Of a DNA stretch of 64,000 nt, positions 1-10,671 are shown piece by piece. The stretch is taken from the sequence record PZ386974.1; one strand, 5' to 3'. Within the stretch, counting starts at the first letter, position 1. Every line of letters starts with the position of its first letter. Under the pieces are notes generated by a model, which saw only the letters and a list, made by a program, of their open reading frames with translations, did not search any database and was not told the origin of the DNA. The position numbers and the translations under genes were made by a program. The stretch comes from a phage.

Positions 1-166
1 GTATACGGTCTTCGATAGATAAATTTCCGTCATTTTTAGGCATTTTAATTGACGTAACGTATGGTTCTAAACGGTTTTCTGCATAATATGGAAAAACGTC
101 TGTTACACGATAAGTAACTTCGATCATTTCCGTACCAAACAATTTCTGGATTAATTTATTCAACAT
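1..166 (-). CDS. hypothetical protein, 3' end beyond window start
   Basis: ATG at 166 on minus strand, open frame runs off left edge (55 codons seen); not in ORF track because under 60 aa. Confidence 0.3.
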   Translation of the reverse strand, partial: MLNKLIQKLFGTEMIEVTYRVTDVFPYYAENRLEPYVTSIKMPKNDGNLSIEDRI

Positions 167-353
167 GTTTCAACCCTTTAATAGGAGATAACTCTTTACC
201 CATACGTATGTCAGAAGTCCAATCAACCCATTGAACAGCATACGCTTCATTGATAATTCCAGCGGCGGTTTTAAATTCAGGGAGAACTTTAAAAATCACC
301 CCAGGAATTCCAACACCTTTTAATTGGACTGTTTGTGCTATTAAAAATTTCAT
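156..353 (-). CDS. hypothetical protein (65 aa)
   Basis: ORF track; co-oriented with neighbouring early genes. Confidence 0.4.
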   Translation of the reverse strand: MKFLIAQTVQLKGVGIPGVIFKVLPEFKTAAGIINEAYAVQWVDWTSDIRMGKELSPIKGLKHVE

Positions 354-407
354 ATTTTTCCACTTACTAAAGAAATCATTATACTCTAATCCGTCCTTGG
401 ATGTAAA

Positions 408-1022
408 CTACTTAATGAAATTAATTTCTACCGGATGAACAACAGGTTGAGCAGTGATATATTGAGTAATTGCTTTCATGACTAGAGCTTCAGAACCAGG
501 ATTTTTCTCAACGAATTCACGTGCTTGGTTATGAGCTTCAAGTTCACTTAGTAAACCACTTCGTTGACATCCACGGTCTTGAGTACCCTGTTCAGATAAA
601 AAGGCGACGATGTATTTTTCATCGTCATACGGTTTAGACGGTTGAGCAAATGTTCCTTTACTTCCAAAAGGAGAGTTATGACGCCACATCACGCCGTTAG
701 GAGTTTCAACCTTCGTATATTCGTGTGGGCCATTTTTCTTAGTTTCTTGATGTGGAACTTCATGGACCTTAGGGTTAGGACATTCAATAAAATGCTCATC
801 TAAATCAGTCGAGAATATTAAAGTAAAACAATTACTAAATTTACCAACACCTGCCTGATAAATTTTACCTTCAGACGTTCTAATTTCACAAACCGAGCCA
901 GCATCAGTAACTTCTAAAACTTCAAAAGGCTCGATAAGGTCATATGAGAACATGTTTTTAAGGCGTGGAGTAATATCCCCATTTTTAAAATTCATTTTAT
1001 AAAAAGTATTAACTTTAAACAT
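408..1022 (-). CDS. hypothetical protein (204 aa)
   Basis: ORF track; ATG start; followed by hairpin 1035..1050. Confidence 0.55.
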   Translation of the reverse strand: MFKVNTFYKMNFKNGDITPRLKNMFSYDLIEPFEVLEVTDAGSVCEIRTSEGKIYQAGVGKFSNCFTLIFSTDLDEHFIECPNPKVHEVPHQETKKNGPHEYTKVETPNGVMWRHNSPFGSKGTFAQPSKPYDDEKYIVAFLSEQGTQDRGCQRSGLLSELEAHNQAREFVEKNPGSEALVMKAITQYITAQPVVHPVEINFIK

Positions 1023-1034
1023 AATTTCCTCAAT

Positions 1035-1050
1035 GGGAGCCGAAGCTCCC
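1035..1050 (-). terminator. GC-rich hairpin GGGAGC-CGAA-GCUCCC (UUCG loop on the minus-strand transcript)
   Basis: Perfect 6-bp stem with tetraloop, 8 nt after stop of ORF 1058..1423; no strong U-run, so may be an RNA-stability hairpin rather than terminator. Confidence 0.45.
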
Positions 1051-1057
1051 AGTTAAA

Positions 1058-1423
1058 TTAGATATCAAATTCGTTAAGAACTACATCAAAGATTGCTTCG
1101 AGATGTTCAGGTTTAGCTCGGTTACTCAGGATATGACGAATCCAAGTTTTAACCAGAAGTTTACGATTAACACCATTCCAGCAAGGATGAGTACCTAAAT
1201 CACGTTGACGGAAATCATCATCTAATGCAATTTTGAAGTTGGAACCTTCCATTGTGATTGAAACCGTGATGCCATTTTCAAATCGCATATAAACATAATT
1301 AGGAGTCATATACTGCTCAATTTCACATACTGAACCATTTTTATGCTTCCACAAACAAACCATATCGATAGAACCAGCGATACCGTTAGAAACATATTTG
1401 CGTTCGAAGTTGGTGTAGTTCAT
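1058..1423 (-). CDS. hypothetical protein (121 aa)
   Basis: ORF track; ATG start; promoter-like element upstream. Confidence 0.55.
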   Translation of the reverse strand: MNYTNFERKYVSNGIAGSIDMVCLWKHKNGSVCEIEQYMTPNYVYMRFENGITVSITMEGSNFKIALDDDFRQRDLGTHPCWNGVNRKLLVKTWIRHILSNRAKPEHLEAIFDVVLNEFDI

Positions 1424-1464
1424 TTTATTCTCCAGATGTTTAAGTTGTTTGTTGGTACAGGTCT

Positions 1465-1493
1465 ATAATAACATAACCTGTACCAAAGTAAAC
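1465..1493 (-). promoter_or_regulatory. sigma70-type early promoter (-35 GTTTAC, 17-bp spacer, -10 TATTAT)
   Basis: Read on minus strand: GTTTAC at 1493..1488, TATTAT at 1470..1465, followed by conserved AGACCT box; embedded in inverted repeat ggtacagg/cctgtacc. Confidence 0.5.
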
Positions 1494-1497
1494 TGTT

Positions 1498-1866
1498 TTA
1501 TGCAACTTTAATCCAATTGTCTAAATTTAAAACACCTTTGGCTTTCATTTTTTCGATCAGGTTATCTGCTGTAATGCGTCCATTTTGATACCATGTAACA
1601 TCTTCAGAGTAACCAGTTTCTTCGTCAACATATGTTTCTGAACGAATTTTACCGGTAATAATAGTTTTTAATTCGTATGTGTCACCTGTGAAAAAGTTTG
1701 CTAACACAATTTTCCAAGAGAAATCATCTGAAGGACCTTCAGGGGTCATACAACTTACGATCTCAAATTGCTCTTTGTATAACATCCACTGGAATTCTTT
1801 AATTTCGATAGCTTTATAACCATCGTGGTCTTTACATTTGATGTATGAGTTCAGATTGATTTTCAT
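1498..1866 (-). CDS. hypothetical protein (122 aa)
   Basis: ORF track; ATG start. Confidence 0.55.
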   Translation of the reverse strand: MKINLNSYIKCKDHDGYKAIEIKEFQWMLYKEQFEIVSCMTPEGPSDDFSWKIVLANFFTGDTYELKTIITGKIRSETYVDEETGYSEDVTWYQNGRITADNLIEKMKAKGVLNLDNWIKVA

Positions 1867-1908
1867 TTTGTTCTCCAGGTTGTTTTATTGATTAGGTGGT
1901 ACAAGTCT

Positions 1909-1937
1909 ATAGTAACACATCCTACAGGAGAGTAAAC
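1909..1937 (-). promoter_or_regulatory. sigma70-type early promoter (-35 GTTTAC, 17 bp, -10 TACTAT)
   Basis: Minus-strand GTTTAC 1937..1932 and TACTAT 1914..1909 upstream of ORF 1498..1866. Confidence 0.5.
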
Positions 1938-1973
1938 ATCTTTTTAAACTTTTTCTGCCCTAAACGCACAAAA

Positions 1974-1989
1974 GGGAGCCGAAGCTCCC
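1974..1989 (-). terminator. intrinsic terminator hairpin GGGAGC-CGAA-GCUCCC plus U-run
   Basis: 6-bp GC stem, UUCG loop on minus transcript, A4 on plus strand just left of stem (U-run on the transcript); 5 nt after stop of ORF 1995..2174. Confidence 0.6.
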
Positions 1990-1994
1990 TAAAA

Positions 1995-2174
1995 TTATGC
2001 AACAACCTTTCCAAAACGAGAAGCATCATCTCGAAGAACTGCACGTGCTCTGCGCATGATCTTCTCAACTGTTTGATTAATACGAGAGTTCGACCCACGC
2101 TTGTATCCAGCGCGTTTAGAGGTACCATCAACTTTCTTTTCAACTGCTTTCTTTGCTTTAGCTTGTTTTGCCAT
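1995..2174 (-). CDS. small basic protein (59 aa, Lys/Arg-rich)
   Basis: Own translation: MAKQAKAKKAVEKKVDGTSKRAGYKRGSNSRINQTVEKIMRRARAVLRDDASRFGKVVA; ATG start, terminator immediately downstream; below ORF-track size cutoff. Confidence 0.4.
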   Translation of the reverse strand: MAKQAKAKKAVEKKVDGTSKRAGYKRGSNSRINQTVEKIMRRARAVLRDDASRFGKVVA

Positions 2175-2469
2175 TATAAATTCTCTTTAAATGAAAATGC
2201 AGGACTTATTGACATTGCCTGCGCAAGTCCTCAAGGGGAACATAGGTTTTGGATATTTAACGACAGGATAACCATAAACCCGTCATCATACCACCCACGA
2301 CTTAGACAGATAACCTTTTTCTGACGCGTGATAGTATAAAATACATTCAAGAGGTACACCGTAAAACTGCCGGGGTCTTAAAACTATAATGATTCGCAAA
2401 TCATTAATCAGACAGTTCGACGGCTCCTCGATTTTCTAGCCGCACTTAAGGTAGCGAATCACCTAAAAC

Positions 2470-2718
2470 TTATTTAAGGGTGATAACAAAATGACGTACT
2501 GCTTTACGAGCTGCAGAAGCCAAAGGCTTAGCGTATTTCAGTTCATCTTTTGCTTCCAGTTCAGAAGCCAAAGCTGCCTGTACCGGGTTCAGATGTTTGA
2601 AATATCGCAGGATTTCAAGAGCTTCGGCTTCAACATCAATAGATGCGCCATAGTTTTCGTGGCCGTTATTCCATGCGTTTCGTTGCAGTTCAAGAGCGTG
2701 TTGTAATTGTTTAATCAT
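2470..2718 (-). CDS. rIII: rIII-like lysis-inhibition accessory protein (82 aa)
   Basis: 82-aa ORF beside gene 31 on the same strand; size and position match T4 rIII as recalled. Confidence 0.5.
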   Translation of the reverse strand: MIKQLQHALELQRNAWNNGHENYGASIDVEAEALEILRYFKHLNPVQAALASELEAKDELKYAKPLASAARKAVRHFVITLK

Positions 2719-2834
2719 TTTAAATTCTCAATTCGAGATAATATTTAGTAGCCACGTTCGTCTGAATTTCACTTCCTTTCGACAAGTCTCTCAGTTGTAG
2801 GCTACCGCTTAGAAGAGTGTTCTCTTCATATAGT

Positions 2835-2842
2835 TATTTATA
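2835..2842 (-). promoter_or_regulatory. possible late promoter (TATAAATA on minus strand)
   Basis: Exact TATAAATA octamer just 3' of gene 31 stop, 117 nt upstream of the rIII ATG. Confidence 0.3.
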
Positions 2843-3175
2843 TCACTTATAAAGACACGGAATAGCTTTATAGTGGCATGTTACGAATTTCTGTTTAATT
2901 TCTTTAGGATGTTTAAGTCCCAAAGCCACAAATGGATGTGGAACATTTCGAATTTGTCCAACTGGTAGTGGAGTCAAATCACCGACTTCAACAAAACCTT
3001 CAGGAACATCAGGACCTACAGAATGAACTACACATAGTTCAGGAACTTCACCTTGAACACGTTTACCAATCACAAGTCCTGATTCGGTAACTTCTTCATC
3101 ACCTGCTTGAGCGGGTTCAGAAACCAGAATGACATATTCACCAACAGCACGAATTGGGAGTTGTACTTCAGACAT
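2843..3175 (-). CDS. 31: co-chaperonin gp31 (GroES analogue)
   Basis: 110-aa [31 protein letters not shown]..., near-identical to T4 gp31 as recalled; ATG start. Confidence 0.9.
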   Translation of the reverse strand: MSEVQLPIRAVGEYVILVSEPAQAGDEEVTESGLVIGKRVQGEVPELCVVHSVGPDVPEGFVEVGDLTPLPVGQIRNVPHPFVALGLKHPKEIKQKFVTCHYKAIPCLYK

Positions 3176-3232
3176 CTTATTTCCTTGTTGTTTGACGATA
3201 GATTAATAATACCATACTATTCGTAAAGCATA

Positions 3233-3541
3233 TTACATAAGAAGCAAACGTTCTACTGGAGTACCATCAACCGAAATTACTTTATCAAGGCGGAAAGAAC
3301 GCCACTGACCTAACTCGGTATCGAATGCTCGAACTGATTCACGAGGTTCAGAACGAACTTCTGTTGATGGGTTACTATTTTCATATTTGACTTCAAGTTC
3401 ATCGCGGGAGGCAAACATCGTACGAACATCACCGTTAGCCTTTTCAAATACAACACAATGAACGCCTACAGACAGAATAGTTTTAATACGTTCACGAAGA
3501 ACCATAGTTTCTCGTTCAGTTAAAATCATATTATTCACCAC
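3233..3541 (-). CDS. hypothetical protein (102 aa)
   Basis: ORF track; lies between cd and 31. Confidence 0.5.
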   Translation of the reverse strand: MVNNMILTERETMVLRERIKTILSVGVHCVVFEKANGDVRTMFASRDELEVKYENSNPSTEVRSEPRESVRAFDTELGQWRSFRLDKVISVDGTPVERLLLM

Positions 3542-4112
3542 AAAAGTTTCGGATTTGTTCCCAATTCAGAGAACGAAGATTATTACGAGAGTACTGAATT
3601 ACTTCAATACCGGCTTGTTTTAGAATTTCGGCCCAATTTTCAGGAGATCTGTCATATAATTCCGCGTATACAACCTTTTTAATACCTGACTGCGTAATAG
3701 CTTTAGTGCAATCAGGACACGGAGAAAGCGTAGTATATAACGTAGCACCTTCAATAGAATTACCTTTACGAGCTGCAAACAAAATTGCGTTCAGTTCCGC
3801 ATGGATTTCGTTATTAGCAGACCATGCACTATGAGCGGCCCGATGTTCTTTAGCCAAAACAAAATTATCCACCCGTCCAAATGCTGTAGTGCCTTCTTTA
3901 TGCCCAGCAACGATGACCGGGCTTGGTTTATTCTTCAACCAACCGTTTTCGGATGCATGTTCGCAACAGTTTGTACCACCTGAAGGAGAGCCATTATAAC
4001 CTGTAGAAATAATGCGTCCATCCTTTTCAATGACGGCACCAACTTTCCATGAACAACATTTTGATTCTTGAGAAATCAGATATGCAATCTGAAGGTATGT
4101 GCTAGCTTTCAT
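3531..4112 (-). CDS. cd: dCMP deaminase
   Basis: 193 aa; zinc-binding HAE and PCxxC motifs (HAELNAI...SPCPDC); size matches T4 Cd; ATG overlaps upstream stop (TAATG). Confidence 0.9.
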   Translation of the reverse strand: MKASTYLQIAYLISQESKCCSWKVGAVIEKDGRIISTGYNGSPSGGTNCCEHASENGWLKNKPSPVIVAGHKEGTTAFGRVDNFVLAKEHRAAHSAWSANNEIHAELNAILFAARKGNSIEGATLYTTLSPCPDCTKAITQSGIKKVVYAELYDRSPENWAEILKQAGIEVIQYSRNNLRSLNWEQIRNFCGE

Positions 4113-5104
4113 TATTGAACCTTATTAATATAAGTTAACAGCTCTTTAGTTTGTTCCCAACTGATGCACGCATCGGTAACGGAAACGCCATAGGACATAT
4201 TATCAGAAATTTTTTGATTTCCTTCATGTAGGAATGATTCTATCATAATTCCTTTGACCAAATCATTAGCTGCTAAATTTTTACCAATACCAATTTGATT
4301 GCTATAATGCCCATCAGCGTTTGCATGGCTACAGTCAACCATTACATAATGATTCAGACCTACTGCCCTTGCTTTGTTAGAAGCTTCTTGAATATCAGAA
4401 GAATGATAGTTCGGGCCGTTGGTCCCACCACGCAATACGATATGCGTATTCTGATTACCTTCAGCTTCAACAATGCCTACAGTACCATCGACGTCCATAC
4501 CCATATACCGATGAGGCCAGGCGGCACTATACATCGCGTCTGTAGCTACTTTAATAGAACCATTGGTTGCGTTCTTGAAGCCTACGCACATCGGTAGACC
4601 TGAAGCAATTTCACGATGTGTCTGACTTTCAGTCGTACGGGCGCCAATAGCAACCCATGAGAAAATACCAGAAAGATACTTAATCGTGAATGGGTCTAAT
4701 ACTTCAGTTGCTAATGGAAGTCCCATACGTAGAAGTTTACGACACAATGTTCGTGCAACTATAAGACCGTGGTTCATATCAAAACTTCCGTCAAGATATG
4801 GATCATTTACAAGACCTTTCCAACCTACGGTAGTTCGAGGCTTTTCAAAATAAACGCGCATCACTAACAGAACATTAGGAAGACGAGTTTGAAGTTCGGC
4901 CAGACGTTTGCCGTATTCAACAGCAGCAATAGGGTCATGAATTGAACAAGGACCTACAACAATAAGTTTGCGTGGGTCTTCACCGTTCATAATCGAATTA
5001 ACTTGTTCGCGATGAGAAGCCACTTGTGATGCGTAAGCTTCCGACAAAGGAATAATCTCAGCCAGTTCTTTTGGAGAAATAAGTTTTCCGACGACAGGTA
5101 ACAT
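4112..5104 (-). CDS. 3-deoxy-D-arabino-heptulosonate-7-phosphate (DAHP) synthase, AroG/F/H-like class I
   Basis: 330 aa; motifs VVGPCSIHD, FEKPRTTVGWKGL, IGARTTESQ, VMVDCSHAN collinear with E. coli AroG; ATG start. Confidence 0.85.
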   Translation of the reverse strand: MLPVVGKLISPKELAEIIPLSEAYASQVASHREQVNSIMNGEDPRKLIVVGPCSIHDPIAAVEYGKRLAELQTRLPNVLLVMRVYFEKPRTTVGWKGLVNDPYLDGSFDMNHGLIVARTLCRKLLRMGLPLATEVLDPFTIKYLSGIFSWVAIGARTTESQTHREIASGLPMCVGFKNATNGSIKVATDAMYSAAWPHRYMGMDVDGTVGIVEAEGNQNTHIVLRGGTNGPNYHSSDIQEASNKARAVGLNHYVMVDCSHANADGHYSNQIGIGKNLAANDLVKGIMIESFLHEGNQKISDNMSYGVSVTDACISWEQTKELLTYINKVQ

Positions 5105-5225
5105 AACAATCCTTAGGAGATATAAACAGATTCTGATTCAACAATACCTTTAACCGGACCACGCCAGGCTAAGTTGGTAGTGCTCAGATTTATGACCATT
5201 CTCGATAGTAATGAGATAGCTCTCA

Positions 5226-5462
5226 TTATAGTGTTCCATATACTCGAGTTGCTTCAACAAGACCATCACTGCCTAATTTAAGGCTAGTAATCTGGCCACC
5301 ATCTTTAGGATTAACGATTATGAGAAAAGAACGTGGAGATTCTTGAATAACTCGTAATGTTGCATCCTGGAAACGTTCAGACACTTTATTGATGAGTGCT
5401 TGAGCAAATTCTTTTACTTTAATCTGAAATTCGTGCACTGTAATTGGGTTTTCACTTAGCAT
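5226..5462 (-). CDS. hypothetical protein (78 aa)
   Basis: ORF track. Confidence 0.45.
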   Translation of the reverse strand: MLSENPITVHEFQIKVKEFAQALINKVSERFQDATLRVIQESPRSFLIIVNPKDGGQITSLKLGSDGLVEATRVYGTL

Positions 5463-5523
5463 TCTGTTTTCCTCATTGTGTTGGTAGAGTTATAGTATCA
5501 CAACTCTACCATGTTGTAAACCA

Positions 5524-5799
5524 TTAAATTGCTTTGCATTCAATTTTTTGTGTACCGAAATTGATATCACATTGGATAACTAAATCGCCGTCAAGATCAA
5601 ATACCACGATGACGTGTGCAGACCCAGGGAGAAGAGTAATAGCAATAGAATCTACTTGGTCTGGGAGCAAAGCATTGAGTACATGAGTTAGTTGAGCATG
5701 AACTCTGAGTTCGGCTGCATTATCAAGCACTTCAAACATATTATTAGCAATAATCTGACTGAAGACTACCTTTACAATTTCAGAATAAGTTGGGAACAT
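5524..5799 (-). CDS. hypothetical protein (91 aa)
   Basis: ORF track. Confidence 0.45.
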   Translation of the reverse strand: MFPTYSEIVKVVFSQIIANNMFEVLDNAAELRVHAQLTHVLNALLPDQVDSIAITLLPGSAHVIVVFDLDGDLVIQCDINFGTQKIECKAI

Positions 5800-5806
5800 A
5801 ATTACC

Positions 5807-6031
5807 TCAGTGTACAGTATTTACTTTAACTCGAACAACAAATCGCTCGGTCGGTTCACCTACAGGAACAAACTCTACATGATATTCGCCTTTGTAACGA
5901 GTATTCAGATCATTACGAATTCCTGCGAGTTTGTTGATTAATGTAGGACTCATATTAAGTCCCACTAGTTTACGAAGCATTTTGTATGCTTCATCTTCGA
6001 TTTCATGATGTTTATCGTACATAGTTTTCAT
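5807..6031 (-). CDS. hypothetical protein (74 aa)
   Basis: ORF track. Confidence 0.45.
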   Translation of the reverse strand: MKTMYDKHHEIEDEAYKMLRKLVGLNMSPTLINKLAGIRNDLNTRYKGEYHVEFVPVGEPTERFVVRVKVNTVH

Positions 6032-6202
6032 TTAACCATTCAATTGCCTGGTCGACGTTATCAAATATACCGCCGTCCAACCATTCTTCATGTTCATAGT
6101 CCAGCACATCAATACCGAACCGTCCATTTACTAAAGGCCATACTACAAACAAATATTCTTTATGCTGTTCGATGACCTCAATCACTTCATATAATCGTTT
6201 CA

Positions 6203-6203
<1 letters not shown>
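6012..6203 (-). CDS. hypothetical protein (63 aa)
   Basis: ORF track; start overlaps pseT stop. Confidence 0.45.
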
Positions 6204-7289
<1,086 letters not shown>

Positions 7290-7290
<1 letters not shown>

Positions 7291-7589
7291 TATTTGATTC
7301 CTAAGAAAGCTTCAAGAATACGAATGTTGAGTTCGCGCCGGTCTTTATTAATTTCAGCAACGTTTTTATTAATTGACGTACTTCTAACGTTTGAAGAAAT
7401 AAATTTAATCATATGACTTTTGAGTTGATGCAAATCCAACCCTTTTTCTTTAGCAGCTTTACGAAGAGCTTTACCTGCTTCATCTAGTGCTTTTGCCGCA
7501 TCTTTATCATAATTGCCAAGTGGCATTCCGCGGCAGATATCAATATACTCATCAGACCGTTTGATGTAATTCTCTAGTAATGTTTTCAT
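7290..7589 (-). CDS. hypothetical protein (99 aa)
   Basis: ORF track; ATG start; consensus promoter upstream. Confidence 0.5.
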
Positions 7590-7617
7590 TTAGATTTCCT
7601 CAATTATCCATAGGAGC

Positions 7618-7647
7618 ATTATACTCTGCTCCCGAGAGTTTGTAAAC
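7618..7647 (-). promoter_or_regulatory. sigma70-type early promoter (-35 GTTTAC, 18 bp, -10 TATAAT)
   Basis: Minus strand GTTTAC 7647..7642 and TATAAT 7623..7618; the -10 sits in the loop of inverted repeat ggagca/tgctcc. Confidence 0.55.
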
Positions 7648-7871
7648 TATTTTACTAAAGATTCAATATACTCATGAAGAGCTTTAGTCGCTACTGCCCA
7701 CTTATTCTGATATTCATTTTTCAGATTAGCACGAGACTGAACTAACAAGCGATCATTAGTCGGAGGCAAAGATTCTAATCGTTGAATCTGGCGTCCATAA
7801 ATCATAGCCGCCATTTCAGATTCATAGATAAGCCCTTTAATGTATTCATGCTGTTCTTTAGTCATTGGCAT
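7647..7871 (-). CDS. hypothetical protein (74 aa)
   Basis: ORF track. Confidence 0.45.
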   Translation of the reverse strand: MPMTKEQHEYIKGLIYESEMAAMIYGRQIQRLESLPPTNDRLLVQSRANLKNEYQNKWAVATKALHEYIESLVK

Positions 7872-8152
7872 TTTTCCTCTTTTAAACCACTACGATAATA
7901 ACATATCATAGTCTTCTGGTCGTGTACATATCTTTTTACGTCGTTTAACCAGATACGAAATTCTTGAGAGTCTTCAAATGGCATTCCGACCCACGGATTA
8001 CCATCAATAACCTTTACTTGCCATTTCTGGTTATATTCAGCAATAGATTCTGGCCATGGCGGATGTAAAGTTTCTTTAGGGCTTAAGGGCACATCCTGGG
8101 CACATCCGGCCAAAATGCCAATAGATAATACAACTGCGGTTAATTTAATCAT
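7862..8152 (-). CDS. outer-membrane spanin (lipoprotein, Rz1-like)
   Basis: 96 aa; signal peptide with lipobox LAGC; Pro/Trp-rich mature region; overlaps preceding i-spanin-like gene by 4 nt; position matches T4 pseT.2 as recalled. Confidence 0.55.
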   Translation of the reverse strand: MIKLTAVVLSIGILAGCAQDVPLSPKETLHPPWPESIAEYNQKWQVKVIDGNPWVGMPFEDSQEFRIWLNDVKRYVHDQKTMICYYRSGLKEEKCQ

Positions 8153-8505
8153 TCTGAGAGCTTCCTGAGGTCTTCTGCAAAGGAATCGAAGGACCTGTTG
8201 ATTTGTTTTTCGACCAATCCTGGCTTACTTGCCACCACGTTCTTCTTCTTCGAATCCTTACGGAGCTTTTCATTTTCGGCCTTAAGTTGGTCAACTAAAA
8301 CACGGTTCTTATAAGTCATTTCTTCGATTGACTGATATTGAACCTTGAAGTCGTCTAATACTTTAGCATTGTTTTTAGCGGTCTCTTTGACAGAAGCTAA
8401 TTCAGTATTCAACGAATCAACTTTGTTGTTTAAGACAACTATTGTTATCGTAGAAACTAGAGCAAAAGCTGCTACTATAGCATAAATCGGATTTACTTTA
8501 AGCAT
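8149..8505 (-). CDS. inner-membrane spanin (Rz-like)
   Basis: 118 aa; N-terminal TM segment then charged coiled-coil-like region; adjacent to lipoprotein ORF; position matches T4 pseT.3 as recalled. Confidence 0.55.
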   Translation of the reverse strand: MLKVNPIYAIVAAFALVSTITIVVLNNKVDSLNTELASVKETAKNNAKVLDDFKVQYQSIEEMTYKNRVLVDQLKAENEKLRKDSKKKNVVASKPGLVEKQINRSFDSFAEDLRKLSE

Positions 8506-8993
8506 GTTTTAATAATCTCAATGATTTCATCTCGGGATAATCCATTGATAAGAACGGTTTTCGGACCATCGCACTGGATTTTGTACGATTCAAACAATAC
8601 ACACAACTCTTCTGCTGTATGATACGGACTTGAGATTCCGAGACGGTTGAATTTGTCGGTAAGAGGGTCGCAAATAATGTAGAATTTTATACCTGAGATA
8701 TGTACGTTTGGTTGACTAATATTAATGAACACATTAGCGTCATATTTAGTCAAATTGTTTTGAAGAAATTCTACCATGGCATTAACTGCTTCCGGCATCG
8801 CTTCACGTTTCTCTTCGGTGTAACGTGTTGAATATTCCTTTTGCTTTAACTTCTTTTTAGCATTTTTCGCTAGAGTAACACGTAGGTCAGTAAGATAACC
8901 AACTGCACGGCCTTTCTTAAAGACCCTGATTCCGTCTGTAGAATCACCAAATGCTGCCACAACCATATCGTTAGTAATCAATTGCATATTCAT
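8493..8993 (-). CDS. alc: Alc-like protein (host transcription shut-off)
   Basis: Track ORF 8493..9056 trimmed to ATG at 8993 (SD GAGGAG 6 nt upstream) giving 166 aa; synteny rnlA-alc-pseT.3 as in T4; sequence homology not verified. Confidence 0.45.
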   Translation of the reverse strand: MNMQLITNDMVVAAFGDSTDGIRVFKKGRAVGYLTDLRVTLAKNAKKKLKQKEYSTRYTEEKREAMPEAVNAMVEFLQNNLTKYDANVFINISQPNVHISGIKFYIICDPLTDKFNRLGISSPYHTAEELCVLFESYKIQCDGPKTVLINGLSRDEIIEIIKTCLK

Positions 8994-9023
8994 AATTTTC
9001 TCCTCGTGTTGTTGATAAAAGCC

Positions 9024-9053
9024 ATAGTAACACCTTCCTTGGTGTTTGTAAAC
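9024..9053 (-). promoter_or_regulatory. sigma70-type early promoter (-35 GTTTAC, 18 bp, -10 TACTAT)
   Basis: Minus strand GTTTAC 9053..9048, TACTAT 9029..9024, upstream of the alc-like gene. Confidence 0.45.
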
Positions 9054-9055
9054 CA

Positions 9056-10189
<1,134 letters not shown>

Positions 10190-10205
10190 TCAGTTAGTTT
10201 TTTAA

Positions 10206-10235
10206 ATTGTACCACAATCCTTGTGGTATGTAAAC
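10206..10235 (-). promoter_or_regulatory. sigma70-type promoter (-35 GTTTAC, 18 bp, -10 TACAAT)
   Basis: Minus strand GTTTAC 10235..10230, TACAAT 10211..10206, upstream of rnlA; spacer contains palindrome ccacaa/ttgtgg. Confidence 0.45.
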
Positions 10236-10645
10236 TACTTTTTCTTATGTTGGATATTCCAAGGCGGGTTGAACTTTTTGATAAAAAGTGGTTCTTCAAG
10301 GTCCATTGTTGCGATGGTCATTGAACCAAGTTCGTTGGTGACTGAAAGGTCAAAACATTGGCGGGCCCAGAATTCAACCTTTTTGCCTTGCATTAAGGCA
10401 TCCAAAATCATAAGTGATTTTCTTGAATCTGAAGTCTGGTCTTTTCGATTTATGGCTGTTCGATAATAGTTAATGCGTTTCTTTAAATTCTTGGTTTTAC
10501 CAATATACACAAGTTCGTCATCTATAGCAATAGCGTATATGACATTTTTCTTATTAGGGACATCAACTGTTTTAATTGTTGCATCTTCTAATAGCTCCAA
10601 TTCTGTATATTTAATAAAGGAATATTCGGCGGCAATATCTTTCAT
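10235..10645 (-). CDS. denA: endonuclease II (GIY-YIG family)
   Basis: 136 aa; VIYAIAIDDELVYIGKTKNLKKRINYY GIY-YIG core; length and sequence match T4 DenA. Confidence 0.88.
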   Translation of the reverse strand: MKDIAAEYSFIKYTELELLEDATIKTVDVPNKKNVIYAIAIDDELVYIGKTKNLKKRINYYRTAINRKDQTSDSRKSLMILDALMQGKKVEFWARQCFDLSVTNELGSMTIATMDLEEPLFIKKFNPPWNIQHKKK

Positions 10646-10653
10646 AATAAAGT

Positions 10654-10667
10654 GGGACCGAAGTCCC
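10654..10667 (-). terminator. hairpin GGGAC-CGAA-GUCCC (UUCG loop on the minus-strand transcript)
   Basis: Between nrdB stop (10672) and denA start (10645); 5-bp GC stem, tetraloop. Confidence 0.4.
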
Positions 10668-10671
10668 GTCC

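Noticed and set aside
1896-2324. 142-aa plus-strand ORF
   Set aside because: Antisense to the small basic gene and overlapping the leader and terminator; GTG start, no RBS, low-complexity composition; likely spurious
2175-2470. Looked for a tRNA or other structured RNA gene in the ORF-free gap
   Set aside because: Could not fold a cloverleaf with anticodon and T-arm features by eye; stems present are better explained as leader structure. Not fully excluded without a tRNA scan
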